Source: Alphaproteobacteria bacterium
GTDB taxonomy: Bacteria; Pseudomonadota; Alphaproteobacteria; UBA828
Direction of reading: 5' to 3'
DNA: 64,000 bases
NCBI GenBank assembly: GCA_963422645.2
Contig: CAXXVO010000007.1
Span: forward strand, 128,001-192,000
Part shown: positions 11,809 to 22,160 of the stretch, one piece after another
Numbering within the stretch: the first letter of the stretch is position 1
Layout: each line of letters begins with the position of its first letter
The notes under the pieces: model-generated
What the model was told of the DNA's origin: nothing
The model's database searches: none
Seen by the model: the letters and a program-made list of their open reading frames with translations, nothing else
Position numbers and translations under genes: made by a program

Positions 11809-12678
11809 ATGAGCGGCGGCGATCCCCTGGCCACCTGCCGCAACATCCCCCTCGACCGGGTCGCCGCCGCCCTCGGCTACCGCAGAGACCCGACCGACCG
11901 GGCGCGCTTCAAGCGCGGGGGCTCGGTCATCAGCATCAACGGCGAGAAGTTCTTCGATCACCTGCGCGGCACGGGAGGGGGTGGCGCCATCGACCTCGTC
12001 ATCCATGCGACGGGATGCCGCTTCCCGGAAGCCCTCCGCTTCCTCGGAAGCCATGAGGGGCGGAGGGAGATCACCACCATCCCAGCCGCCCCGCGACGCC
12101 TGCGGCTGCCAAGGCCCAGTCCCCGCGCCTGGCCCAGGGTCCGGGACGCCCTCATCCGCCAACGCGCTATCGGCACCGACGTGCTCGAAGCCTGCCACGG
12201 CCGAGGCCTCCTCTACGCCGATGACAGGATCAACGCCGTCTTCATCTGCCGAAACGCCAGCGGGCACACGACCGGCGCCGAGATCCTCGGCACCGCGCCG
12301 CAGCCCGGAACAAAACGCTTCAGGGGCATGGCCCCGGGATCGCGCAAGGCGCGTGGCGGCTTCTGGCTCCACTGCGACCGAAACCAGCCCGCCCTCGTCA
12401 TCCTCACCGAGAGCGCCGTCGACGCCATCTCTGCACGAAGCCTGCGCGTCGAGGGGACGCGCGAGAACGGCGCCGTCGTCGCCTCAACCGCCGGCATCGC
12501 CAGCTCGGTCCCGCCCTGGACCAAGGAGTGGAAGCCACGTCGCATCGTCTGTGCCTACGACGCAGACAGCGCCGGCGACACTGCCGCCGAGCATCTCGTG
12601 CTCAACGATCCAAGGGTGAAAAGGTTGCGCCCACGACACGCCAAGGACTGGAACGAGATGCTCCTGCGGTCTCGATGA
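11809..12678 (+). CDS. TOPRIM-domain primase-like protein (DUF3991/Toprim type)
   Basis: FFDH..GGGGAIDLV..F.EAL N-domain; ILTESAVDAIS, AYDADSAG, KDWNE. Confidence 0.8.
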   Translation: MSGGDPLATCRNIPLDRVAAALGYRRDPTDRARFKRGGSVISINGEKFFDHLRGTGGGGAIDLVIHATGCRFPEALRFLGSHEGRREITTIPAAPRRLRLPRPSPRAWPRVRDALIRQRAIGTDVLEACHGRGLLYADDRINAVFICRNASGHTTGAEILGTAPQPGTKRFRGMAPGSRKARGGFWLHCDRNQPALVILTESAVDAISARSLRVEGTRENGAVVASTAGIASSVPPWTKEWKPRRIVCAYDADSAGDTAAEHLVLNDPRVKRLRPRHAKDWNEMLLRSR

Positions 12679-13703
12679 AAGCCAGGCCACTCACCGCTCT
12701 CGCAGATCAACCAAGCGCCGCATCACGAACATCAAATAATCCGAAAACCGCACCATCAAATGCTGGGCGCACGCTCAACATAGAAAACACGGAAATCCGT
12801 GAGCACAAGAAACCCGGTGAAGCAAAGCCAATCTGGCCCCGCGACCGGCGAAAAGAGAAAAGCGTTAGATCACTCCCCATAATAATTTTCTATAGCCTCG
12901 AATACGTTTTCTGCTGGTTCTATTACCTGTTCGGCCACGTCGCTAGCTTCCGATTCCTCCTTCAATTCTCCGCCGTCATGCTCTTCGCCATGGGCGTCTA
13001 CGGTGTGACCATAGACATCGAGAAGCGACAGATCGATCGCGGTGTTCGGGAAGCGACGCTGTTCGCGATGATCGCGCGCACCCACGCGCTACCGGACGGC
13101 AAGGGAGCGGGAGCGCTCAAACCCAGCGTGGAGGCACTGGCGCGCGACGGCGTCGCCCTGGAGGAGATCAACCTCAGCGGGGCGAACCTTCGGGGCGCGA
13201 AACTTGCTGGCGCCAATTTCAGGCGGGCCGATCTGAGCGGCGCAATCTTGGTCGAGGCGGACCTCAGGGGGGCCGATCTACGCGGCGCGAATCTCAGCGG
13301 GGCGGTCTTCATTCGAGCGAATCTGACGGACGCCGATCTCTGCGAGGCCGACCTCAGCGAGGCCGACCTCGTCGGTGCCGTTTTCGAGGAAGCCTACATG
13401 GAAAAGGTCAATCTGGAGGGGGCCGAGCTGCTCGTCTCCAACTTCTCGAACGCGCACTTGGCAGGCGCGATCGTGACCTCGGCCAATGGCGCCTACTCGA
13501 ACTTTGCCGGCGCCGATCTCTCCAATGCCAACTTCGGCGACACCGAGCTTCAGGGGGCATTGTTCGACGGTGCAAACATTGGCGGTGCCCGGCTTAGTCA
13601 GTCCTACGACCTTTCGAACACGCAGATCGAAAAGGCATGCGCCCCGTCGGATGCTCCTCCGGTCCTGCCGGAACACCTGGAATGGACAGACAGACGCTGC
13701 TGA
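12675..13703 (+). CDS. Membrane-anchored pentapeptide repeat protein (start uncertain)
   Basis: Long A(D/N)LxG pentapeptide tract after hydrophobic segments. Confidence 0.8.
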   Translation: MKARPLTALADQPSAASRTSNNPKTAPSNAGRTLNIENTEIREHKKPGEAKPIWPRDRRKEKSVRSLPIIIFYSLEYVFCWFYYLFGHVASFRFLLQFSAVMLFAMGVYGVTIDIEKRQIDRGVREATLFAMIARTHALPDGKGAGALKPSVEALARDGVALEEINLSGANLRGAKLAGANFRRADLSGAILVEADLRGADLRGANLSGAVFIRANLTDADLCEADLSEADLVGAVFEEAYMEKVNLEGAELLVSNFSNAHLAGAIVTSANGAYSNFAGADLSNANFGDTELQGALFDGANIGGARLSQSYDLSNTQIEKACAPSDAPPVLPEHLEWTDRRC

Positions 13704-13771
13704 AGGGAATTGCGATCCGACCGAGAGACCACTTCGCCTGCGGGCGAGCCCTGGAGTGAAGGAGAGCAACC

Positions 13772-14593
13772 ATGGAGTACAAGGACATCGTTGTGCATCT
13801 CGGAACCGACAACCGGTCGGCGGCGCGGCTCGATGCTGCAATCGAGCTCGCCGATCGTCATGAGGGCAGAGTGACGGGTGTCTATGTCCTGTCAAAACGC
13901 AGCATTCCCGGCTTCATCCGCTGCGAGATTCCGCCTGAGGTCTTGAAACGACTGGATAGGGAAGAGCGCAGGTTTGCCGAGGAGGCTGAGGAAATGTTCG
14001 CCGAACGGGCGGCTAGGACCCAGGTGCCGTGCGAATGGCGCCTCATGAAGGGCGACCCCGTGGATGCCGTCACCATGAGCGCACACTACGCAGACATCAC
14101 CCTCGTCGGCCAGACCGACCCCGATGACGGACGCAGTGCCAGCGGGCTGGCGGACCGTGTTGTGCTCGGCGGGGGCGGCCCCGTGCTGGTCTGGCCCTAC
14201 ACCGGCTCGTGCCACGCCACTGCGGCGACCGTCATGCTCGCCTGGAACGGCTCCCGCGAGGCGACCCGCGCGCTCGCTGACGCGCTGCCGCTCCTGCAAC
14301 AGGCGCGCAAGGTGATCGTCTTCTGCGTCGACAGGGACGACCGCACGCACATACCCGGGGCCGACGTCAGCACGCATCTGGCGCACCACGGAGTCAGGGC
14401 GGAGGCCCGGCACACGCGGACCTCATCCGGCATTCATACCGGCGATGCCTTGCTCTCCGAGATCAGTGATTGCGGCATCGGCCTCCTCGTCATGGGTGGT
14501 TACGGCCATCGCCGCCTGCGCGAGAGGCTGTTCGGCGGCGTCACGCGTGACATCCTGCGCGAGATGACCGTGCCGGTCCTGATGGCGCACTAG
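13772..14593 (+). CDS. Universal stress protein (tandem USP domains)
   Basis: YKDIVVH...AWNGSREATRAL...LLVMGGYGH..FGGVTRDIL...PVLMAH. Confidence 0.92.
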   Translation: MEYKDIVVHLGTDNRSAARLDAAIELADRHEGRVTGVYVLSKRSIPGFIRCEIPPEVLKRLDREERRFAEEAEEMFAERAARTQVPCEWRLMKGDPVDAVTMSAHYADITLVGQTDPDDGRSASGLADRVVLGGGGPVLVWPYTGSCHATAATVMLAWNGSREATRALADALPLLQQARKVIVFCVDRDDRTHIPGADVSTHLAHHGVRAEARHTRTSSGIHTGDALLSEISDCGIGLLVMGGYGHRRLRERLFGGVTRDILREMTVPVLMAH

Positions 14594-14707
14594 CCGACAG
14601 TCGGCATGACTCATGTCATACCGCGCTCGCAGTCGCTCGGTTAGGCTGACCTCTGCTCTATGGCTCGGACGTCACGTACGGGCCGGCGAGGTGAAGGAGG
14701 CTTGACC

Positions 14708-15436
14708 ATGGCGTACAAGGATATCGTCGTGCATCTGGCTCAGGATGATCGCTCGCAGGTGCGGCTTGAGGCAGCGATCGAGCTGGCTGAACGACACGAA
14801 GGCAGGGTTACCGGTGTCTACGTGCTGCCTCGTCTCGTCGTCCCCGGCTTCGCGAGCTTCGAGCTCTCCACGGAGGTCTACAAGCGGCTGGATACGGAAC
14901 AGCGATCGCTGGCCGAAGAGGCCGAGCGGCAATTCGCCCAACGGACGGCGCAGTCGACAGTGCCGTCCGAATGGCGCCTGCTGACGGGCGACCCGGTCGA
15001 TGGGGTCACGACGAGCGCGCACTACGCCGATATCACCATCGTCGGCCAAACCGACCCCGACGACGAAAACAGCATCTCCGGGCTGGCGGACAGCGCGGTG
15101 CTCGCCGCGGGCGGGCCGGTGCTGGTCTGGCCCTATGCCGGCTCCTTCGGCGCCAATGCGGAGACCGTCATGCTCGCCTGGAACGGAACCCGCGAGGCGA
15201 AGCGCGCACTCGCCGACGCGCTGCCCCTTTTGCAGCAGGCGAGCAAGGTGATCGTCCTCGGGATCGATACCGGCGACGGCAAGCACATACCGGGGGCCGA
15301 GATCAGCACATACCTGGCGCGGCACGGTGTCAGCGCGGAAGCCAGGCACGCAATCAGCTCATCGGATCTCGGCGCGAGCGACGCCCTCCTTTCCGAGATC
15401 AGCGATCACGGGGTGGACCTTCTTGTCATGGGCGGC
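14708..15436 (+). pseudogene. Second universal stress protein, 5' part (interrupted)
   Basis: Paralog of the upstream USP up to LLVMGG, where similarity stops abruptly at 15437. Confidence 0.9.
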
Positions 15437-15817
15437 TGTAGACGGACGAAAGTCGTTGTGAATCGGGTCAAGGGGTGGAATCAGGCGGAATCGGGCGGAA
15501 GGTGGCGGAATCTCAAGGGGATGCGCGCGGCGGCACGGTGGCGGTGCGGCGGCTGGCGTGCGGACGGAAGTCTTTGCGAATCGGGCCGTGCAGAGGCCGT
15601 GAATTGGCTGGAAACGGCAATTTTCGGGGCGTTTCAGGGGTCTTGCGACGGCGGCAAATCGGGTCGGTTTCGGGGTATCGGATTCGGCTGGAAAATCCGG
15701 TGCGAGGTGCGGTGCGAGGCGCCCGTTGTCAATCGGCTTTCAATACTGACCCCCGATCGGCGTGCAAAATTGACCCCCCTGAGTGGCAACCGGGCCGCAA
15801 GGGAGGCCGGCGGCGGG

Positions 15818-16546
15818 TCAGGAGCGGTTCTTGAAGCGCCAGCTCTCGTTGCCGGTCTCGATGATCTCGCAATGATGGGTGAGGCGATCGAGCAGCGCTG
15901 TGGTCATCTTGGGGTCGCCGAAGACGGATGGCCATTCGCCGAAGGCGAGGTTTGTGGTGATGACGATCGAGGTGCGCTCGTAGAGCCGGCTCATCAGATG
16001 GAAGAGCAGCTGCCCACCGGCCTGGGCGAAGGGCAGGTAGCCGAGCTCGTCGAGGATGACGAAGTCGCGGCGGACGAGCTGGTCTGCAGTGCGGCCCTGG
16101 CGTCCGGCGCGAAGCTCGGCCTCGAGGAGGTTGACCAGGTCGACGACGTTGTAGCACCGGCCGCGCGCGCCCTTGCGGATGCAGGACCGCGCGATGGCGA
16201 CGGCGAGATGGGTCTTGCCGGTACCGGTGCCGCCGACCAGCACGATGTTGCGTTTGCCCTCGAGGAAGCCGCCGCCGGCGAGCTCCTGGATCAGGGGCTC
16301 GTTGACCGGCGAGGCGGCGAAGTCGAAGTCGGCCAGCTCCTTGACCGTCGGCAGCTTGGCGGAGGCCATCTGGTACTTGATCGAGCGGGCCCTCTTGTCG
16401 GCGATCTCGACCTGCAGCAGCGTACCGATGATCTGTTGCACCGGATGGCGGCGCTTGAGCCCGTCGGCAAGGATGTCGTCGTAAGCGGCGCGCATACCTG
16501 CGAGCTTCAGCTGGGTCATCATCTCCAGCACATCATGACGCTCCAT
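15818..16546 (-). CDS. istB: IS21 helper ATPase IstB
   Basis: [36 protein letters not shown]. Confidence 0.95.
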   Translation of the reverse strand: MERHDVLEMMTQLKLAGMRAAYDDILADGLKRRHPVQQIIGTLLQVEIADKRARSIKYQMASAKLPTVKELADFDFAASPVNEPLIQELAGGGFLEGKRNIVLVGGTGTGKTHLAVAIARSCIRKGARGRCYNVVDLVNLLEAELRAGRQGRTADQLVRRDFVILDELGYLPFAQAGGQLLFHLMSRLYERTSIVITTNLAFGEWPSVFGDPKMTTALLDRLTHHCEIIETGNESWRFKNRS

Positions 16547-18047
16547 GACCGGCCTCCCTCAGGCTGTCGTAGCGCTGACAGTCGGCTACCGGCTTGTGGC
16601 GAAGCTGCAGGCCCTCGGGCGTCGGGATGATTGCCGGCGGTGCCGGCTGGCGCTGCCGGGCGAGGATGTTGAGCACCACGTCGGCGCTGCAGGCACCGCA
16701 GTCGAGCGTCTCGGCACAGGCCGCCTCAACCGCCTCCAGTCCGTCCTCCAGCACCGCCGCGAGCACCTTGACGAACTGCCGGTCGCCGTCGTCGTGGCCC
16801 GCGAGCCGGGTTCGCAGGCGGCCGAGCGCGTTGGGCAACTGCCAGTCCTTGAAGGGCGCGCCATTGCGTAGCGCGCCGGGCTTCCGCGTCAGGATCGGCA
16901 CGTAATGCCACGGATCGTAGACGAACCGGCCGCGCCCGAAGCTGCGGGGGTGCTCGGCAACGGTCTCGCCGTCCTGGCGGATGACGATCCGATCGGCATA
17001 GGCCCGCACGTCCACCGGCCGGCCGACGGCGCGGGCCGCGACGCTGTACTGGTTGTTGTCGAAGCGCACCAGACAGGTCTTCGAGACCGACACCTCGCTG
17101 GCATGGAAGCCGTCGAAGGGGCCGCGATACGCCATCAGGAAGGGCTGCTCCTCCTCGAACACCTGCCACACCGTCTTGCCCGGGATTGTCGGATGCGGAT
17201 GCTTCTTGGCGTCCTCGATGCACCGATCCATCAGCCACTCGTTGATCTCGGCGTAGGAGCGGCCCCGCGGGATGGGCACGAACAGGCGGCCGCGAAGGTC
17301 ACCCACCTGCTTCTCGACCTGCCCCTTCTCCCAGCCAGCCCCTGGCGTGCACGCCACAGGCTCCACCAGATGGTGCGAGCACAGCTCCTGGAAGCGGCGG
17401 TTGTAGTCCCGCTTCTTGCCCACGAAGATCGTGCTCACCGCCGTCTTCATGTTGTCGTAGATGCCCCGCCGGCAGACCCCGCCGAAGAAGCGGAAGGCAC
17501 GCTCGTGCGCCTCGAAGACCATCTCCTGGCTCTCGCGGGGAAAGATCTGGACCAGATACATCCGGCTGTGGCACAGCCGCATGTGCGCCGCCTTCACCCT
17601 GGTCGTCGCGCCCGACAGACGCGCGTACTCGTGGCTCCAGTCGAACTGGTAGGCCTCGCCGGGATCGAAGATCAGCGGCACATAGGCCTGCGCCGGCGAC
17701 AACAGCCGCCACCGGCGCCGCCAGGCCCTGGCATAGCGGCGAACCGCGTCATAGCCGCCCTTGTAGCCCAGCGACACAAGGTCTTCATGAATCCGCAGAA
17801 GAGACAGCCGATCCTTGCGTGCCTTCTTCTCGTTGGCCTTCAGCTGGCGCTCAAGCTCCTCCACCCACAGCCCAAGCTTCGGCATCGGCTGGATCTTGCG
17901 CTCGTAGCTGTGCGAGGTCGCATCGCCCCGCACCACCTTGCGTATCGTGTTCTTGGAAACCCTCAAATCCCGGGCGAGCTTCTTGATCGGAACGCCCTTC
18001 ACCAGATGATCCCGACGGATCTTCGCGATCGTTTCCACAACCAGCAT
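16533..18047 (-). CDS. istA: IS21 transposase IstA
   Basis: [35 protein letters not shown]. Confidence 0.95.
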   Translation of the reverse strand: MLVVETIAKIRRDHLVKGVPIKKLARDLRVSKNTIRKVVRGDATSHSYERKIQPMPKLGLWVEELERQLKANEKKARKDRLSLLRIHEDLVSLGYKGGYDAVRRYARAWRRRWRLLSPAQAYVPLIFDPGEAYQFDWSHEYARLSGATTRVKAAHMRLCHSRMYLVQIFPRESQEMVFEAHERAFRFFGGVCRRGIYDNMKTAVSTIFVGKKRDYNRRFQELCSHHLVEPVACTPGAGWEKGQVEKQVGDLRGRLFVPIPRGRSYAEINEWLMDRCIEDAKKHPHPTIPGKTVWQVFEEEQPFLMAYRGPFDGFHASEVSVSKTCLVRFDNNQYSVAARAVGRPVDVRAYADRIVIRQDGETVAEHPRSFGRGRFVYDPWHYVPILTRKPGALRNGAPFKDWQLPNALGRLRTRLAGHDDGDRQFVKVLAAVLEDGLEAVEAACAETLDCGACSADVVLNILARQRQPAPPAIIPTPEGLQLRHKPVADCQRYDSLREAGHGAS

Positions 18048-18166
18048 CTCCCCCACCACCCCGTCCGTCCAAACGACGAGGTGTGTTCATGGACACAAAT
18101 CCAAGGGGGTCAATTTTGGACGCCGATCACCCCCAATAGGGGGTCACTTTTCCACGCTTAACAACA

Positions 18167-19542
18167 CCGAAGGGGCGCTCGAGACCGTGCGCGCCCATGC
18201 CGGCCCGCCCGGCTCCGACGCGCGCGCGAACGGCGCCGAAACCGCCCGCGTGTGGACGACACCCGCGCCGGAGGACGGAATCGGCGAGCCCGTCGACACG
18301 CTCTGGCGCCTCTATCCCGCAGGCGCCGGGCCGGCGAGGGTGAAGGTCGTGGGCGTCAGCCCCAGATCCGGGGACCGGGTGCGCCTCGAGGCCGTCGACG
18401 AGGTCGGCGCCTACTACGCCGCCGCCACCGCCGACCTCTCGGTCGATCTGCCGCAGATACGGCGCAATCTGCCGCGGGTCCTGCACGCCACCGTCACCGA
18501 GACCCTGATCCGCGTCGGCGCCGCCTTCCTCGTCGAGATCGCGCTCTCCCTCACCGTCGCCGGCGACTGGCGCGGCGCCGAGGTCCGCGCGTCGTGGGAG
18601 CGCCGGCCCATGCGCACCGTCGCCAGCCTCGACGGCGGCGACACGGAGGCGCGCTGGACCAGCCCGCCCGAGGGCTGGATCGAGATCGTCGTCCTGCCCC
18701 GCGGCGGCGGACCGCCGCACCGCATCGCATATACGATCCGCGGCCTGCGCACGCCCCCCGGCGCCGTCGGCGAGGCCCACGTCGAGCGCCTCGGCGACGG
18801 AACCCGGCGCTTCCGCTGGGCCGAGCCGCCCGACCCCGACCTGCTCGGCGTCCGCATCAGATACGGGCCCGCGCCGGCGTATCCCGCAGATCCGGGCACG
18901 CCGTGGGAAGAGCTGCGCGCGATCCACCACGGATGGCTCACCGCCAGCCCGTGGGAGGCCGTCGAGCCCGCCCCCGGAGACTGGGTATTCTCCTTCCGCG
19001 CCCTCGACACCGGCGGTCGCTACGGCCCCGAGAGCCGCGTCACCGCGCGCCTCGGCGCCCAGCGCCGGGGCGAGAGCCTGTTCTGGGCCTGCCCCAGCGC
19101 CGAGGGATGGACCCGCGGCACGCTCGCCGGCGCGGCCCTCGACTTCTCCTGGGCCGATCCCGCCACCGGCGCCGCCGACTACGCCTGGCGCGGCCTCGCC
19201 ACCTGGGACGCCTGGACCGGATGGGCGCTCCCCGGCGCGGGCTGGACGGCGGAGCCCACCGTCTACACCTCCATGCCGGCGGCCCTCGGCCAGGACGGCG
19301 TCGTCTCGCTACTGACCTGGGAGTCCGATTCCCCTGTCCAGCCGACGGTGCGCGTGCGCGCCGCCGACTACCGCGACGACCTCGACGACGCCGCCTGGAC
19401 CGGCTACGCCGCCGGCGACGCGATTACCGGTCGCGTGGTCCAGGTCGAGTGGACCTGGACCTGGGAACGGGGGCAGATTCCCACCGTCAAGTACCTCTGC
19501 TTCGGCCTCGCCCGCGCCCATATCGCCGCGCCGGCGAGCTGA
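18167..19542 (+). pseudogene. 5'-truncated phage tail-tip/host-specificity-like protein (Fn3-like modules)
   Basis: Open frame starts at the IS21 end with no RBS; Trp/Pro beta-rich motifs RWAEPPDPDLLGVRIRYG and WVFSFRALDTGG; upstream of tail-fibre-like genes. Confidence 0.55.
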
Positions 19543-19563
19543 GTGGGCGCGAAAGGAAACCCA

Positions 19564-20331
19564 ATGACCGCATGGCCCACCCGGAAGATCGACACCACCC
19601 ACCTCGACCAGGACAGCGATTCGCCCGCCCACGCCCGGGCCGCCATCAAGGCCATGGCCGACACCCTGAACGCCATGATCGACGCCGCCGGCGATCCGGG
19701 CGGCGTTGCCACCCTCGACGCCGCCGGCCTGCACCTCTTCCGCCAGATGCGGGGCGAGGTGTTCACCGCGTCCGAGCGCACGCGGCTGGCCAACCTCAGC
19801 GAGACCACGCCGCCGCCGCGTCCCGCGCCCACGCCCACGCCGCGCGGGCGGAAGACCTTCACCACGCCCGGGACATTCTACTTCAAGGTGCCCTCGGGCG
19901 TGACCCGCGTGCGCACGCAGTTGCAGGGCGGCAGCGGCGGCGACGGCAGCGACTATAGCCGCACCGTCAGCGGCAGGGGCGACTCGAGGACCACCACCTG
20001 GCGTGGCGGCGAGGGCGGCGGCGGCGGATTCATCTACTTCGATATCGCGGTCAGGGCGGGCGGGACCTACCCCGTCATCGTTGGAGGCAACGGAGCGAAC
20101 GGAGCGCGCGGCAGGGACGGCGCCGACGGCGGCGACACCACCTTCCTCTACGGCAAGGCGTACGGCGGCAAGGGCGGCAAGAGAGCGCAATACAACCGCA
20201 ACGGCGCAGACGGCGCAGACGGAAACTCCTACGCCCCCTTCATGTCGAGTGTGAGCAACTCGAGCAAGCAGGTCCAGCTCGTCGTGCCCTCCCCGGTCTC
20301 CGCCGGCTATGTCGTCGTCGAGTGGGGCTGA
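19564..20331 (+). CDS. Glycine-rich tail-fibre-like protein, copy 1
   Basis: GVATLD linker, TFTTPGTFYFKVPSGVTRV...GGSGG...AGYVVVEW glycine-rich domain; RBS AAGGA. Confidence 0.65.
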   Translation: MTAWPTRKIDTTHLDQDSDSPAHARAAIKAMADTLNAMIDAAGDPGGVATLDAAGLHLFRQMRGEVFTASERTRLANLSETTPPPRPAPTPTPRGRKTFTTPGTFYFKVPSGVTRVRTQLQGGSGGDGSDYSRTVSGRGDSRTTTWRGGEGGGGGFIYFDIAVRAGGTYPVIVGGNGANGARGRDGADGGDTTFLYGKAYGGKGGKRAQYNRNGADGADGNSYAPFMSSVSNSSKQVQLVVPSPVSAGYVVVEWG

Positions 20332-20336
20332 TCGCG

Positions 20337-20492
20337 ATGCGCCGCACCCTCGTCCCCGCAGGCGGCGGCATCGACAGCACCGCCCTCGCCCTCCTCGTCC
20401 TGCGCGAGACCGAAGACGAGGTCGTCCTCTCCTGCAACCGCGCCCGGATCGCCGCGCCGGCGGGCCGGCGATCGCGAAAGGAAATCACATGA
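20337..20492 (+). pseudogene. 51-aa chimera: QueC-like N-terminus fused to a copy of the tail-tip C-terminus
   Basis: First 33 codons near-identical to 21277-21375, then sequence resembling 19512-19563; TGA overlaps the ATG at 20489. Confidence 0.7.
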
Positions 20493-21271
20493 CCGCATGG
20501 CCCACCCGGAAGATCGACACCACGCACCTCGACCAGGGCAGCGATTCGCCCGCCCGCGCCCGCGCTGCCATCAAGCAGATGGCGGACACGATCAACACGA
20601 TGATCGATGCATTCGGCGATCCGAACGGCGTCGCCACCCTCGACAGGTCCGGCCTGCACCCCGCCGACCAGATGCGGGGCGAGGTATACACGGCTGCCGA
20701 GCGCACGCGGCTGGCCGACCTCAGCGATCGCCCCGCCCCGCCGCGTCCCGCGCCCGAGCCGGCGCCCCGGCCAACGCCGCGCGGGCGCAAGACCTTCACC
20801 ACGCCCGGCTCCTTTACCTGGCGCGCGCCCGCGGGCGTGACCCGCGTGCGCGTGCAGTTGCGGGGCGGCAGCGGCGGCAGCGGCGGCAGCCATGAGGCCG
20901 ACGGCGGCCGCGGGCCCCGCATCACCTACCGTGGCGGCAGCGGCGGCAGCGGCGGCTTCGTCTACTTCGAGATCGCGGTCTCGCCGGGCACCTCCTACGG
21001 CTTGGCCGCGGGAGGCAGCGGAGCGGACGGAGCGGACGGCGGCAGCTGGGCTCGCACTCGCGACGGCGCAGACGGCGAGGACACCGCCGCCTTCGGCGGC
21101 ACGGCGCGCGGCGGCAAGGGCGGCCGGGGAGCGCATCGCCGAGGCAACGGAGCGGACGGCGCAGCCGGAACCGCCTCCGCCCCCGCCGGCGCAAGCGGCG
21201 TCAGCCGACACACCCAGCTCACCGTGCCCTCCCCGGTCTCCGCCGGCTATATCGTCATCGAGTGGGGCTGA
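20489..21271 (+). CDS. Glycine-rich tail-fibre-like protein, copy 2
   Basis: Paralog of 19564-20331 with conserved termini (MTAWPTRKIDTTHLDQ; VPSPVSAGY..EWG) and a divergent interior. Confidence 0.65.
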   Translation: MTAWPTRKIDTTHLDQGSDSPARARAAIKQMADTINTMIDAFGDPNGVATLDRSGLHPADQMRGEVYTAAERTRLADLSDRPAPPRPAPEPAPRPTPRGRKTFTTPGSFTWRAPAGVTRVRVQLRGGSGGSGGSHEADGGRGPRITYRGGSGGSGGFVYFEIAVSPGTSYGLAAGGSGADGADGGSWARTRDGADGEDTAAFGGTARGGKGGRGAHRRGNGADGAAGTASAPAGASGVSRHTQLTVPSPVSAGYIVIEWG

Positions 21272-21276
21272 TCGCG

Positions 21277-22160
21277 ATGCGCCGCACCCTCGTCCCCGCA
21301 GGCGGCGGCATCGACAGCACCGCCCTCGCCCTCCTCGTCCTGCGCGGGACCGAAGACGAGGTCGTCCTCTCCTGCTACCGCGAGCCGGCCCGCGAACTCC
21401 CGGAGCGCATCGCCCGCGAGCAGGCCGCAAGCGAGGCCGTCGCAGACTGGCTCTCCCGCAACGTCCGGCCCGTGCGCCACGTCAGCCGCGACGCCCTGCG
21501 CCTCGACCTCGACGCCGGCGCCGAATACCCGATCAGGGGCGGGAGAGGGTGGGAGGGCGTCTGCGACCCCACATTCGGCCCCTGGGGCCTCGACCGGTAC
21601 GCAACCCACGCCGACGAGGCCGAGCGCCACCGCGCCGACCGGGTGATGCTCGGCATCACCTCGTGGGACACCGCCGACGACATGCACCGCATGTACTGGT
21701 ATCCCGTCTACCGCGCGCGCACCGCCGTCCCCATGGAACTCCCCTTCTTCCCCGGCTGGGAGGACGGCGCGCAGTGGCCGCCGTCGCGGGACGACCCCTT
21801 CGGACCCGTCGCCGGGCGCTTCATGCTCCAGGCCCTGCTCCCGCCCGGGCTGGAGGCGCTCACCTGGCGATGCACCGTCGCGGCAGAGCCCTGCGGACGC
21901 TGCCCCCGATGCCGCCTCAACGCCTTCTTCGAGCGCTTCTGCCGGGGACGCCCGGCGGACCAGGTCGCCCGCATCGACGACGCCCTCGAGCGACACCGCG
22001 GCGCAGGCCGGTGGTACGCACGCTCACCGACCCCGGAAGATGGACCGGTCACGACGGATACGACGCCGCAGAACGCGCCGTCGAAGACCCCGAATGGTGG
22101 AAGGCCGAACTCGAACGCCCGTGCCGCCCCGGCGCCCGCCCCGGTCCCGACCGCGCCTGA
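21277..22160 (+). CDS. QueC-like PP-loop ATPase with Cys4 Zn site (probable frameshift near 22020)
   Basis: TLVPAGGGIDST (SGGxDS variant) and TWRC-x6-CGRCPRC; GC-ending codons continue in another frame after about 22020 to the stop at 22160. Confidence 0.6.

Larger units (their letters stand above)
7433..12780 (+). mobile_element. Transposon-like element: Zn-finger/HTH ORF, DDE transposase, AAA ATPase, helicase, primase (ends tentative)
   Basis: Five co-oriented genes, three joined by ATGA/GTGA overlaps; right flank ends ...GCTCAACA at 12780; left end uncertain and no TSD found. Confidence 0.6.
15727..18166 (-). mobile_element. IS21-family insertion sequence
   Basis: IRs TGTCAATCGGCTTTCAATACTGACCCC / TGTTGTTAAGCGTGGAAAAGTGACCCC with internal GATCGGCGT.CAAAATTGACCCC repeats; istA-istB; flanks do not form a TSD. 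Confidence 0.92.

Noticed and set aside
14660-16630. 656-aa USP fusion ORF
   Set aside because: Read-through from the broken USP across the element end into antisense istB
19564-21271. Diversity-generating retroelement VR/TR pair
   Set aside because: No reverse transcriptase in the window; differences include indels and are not adenine-specific; both copies are full ORFs
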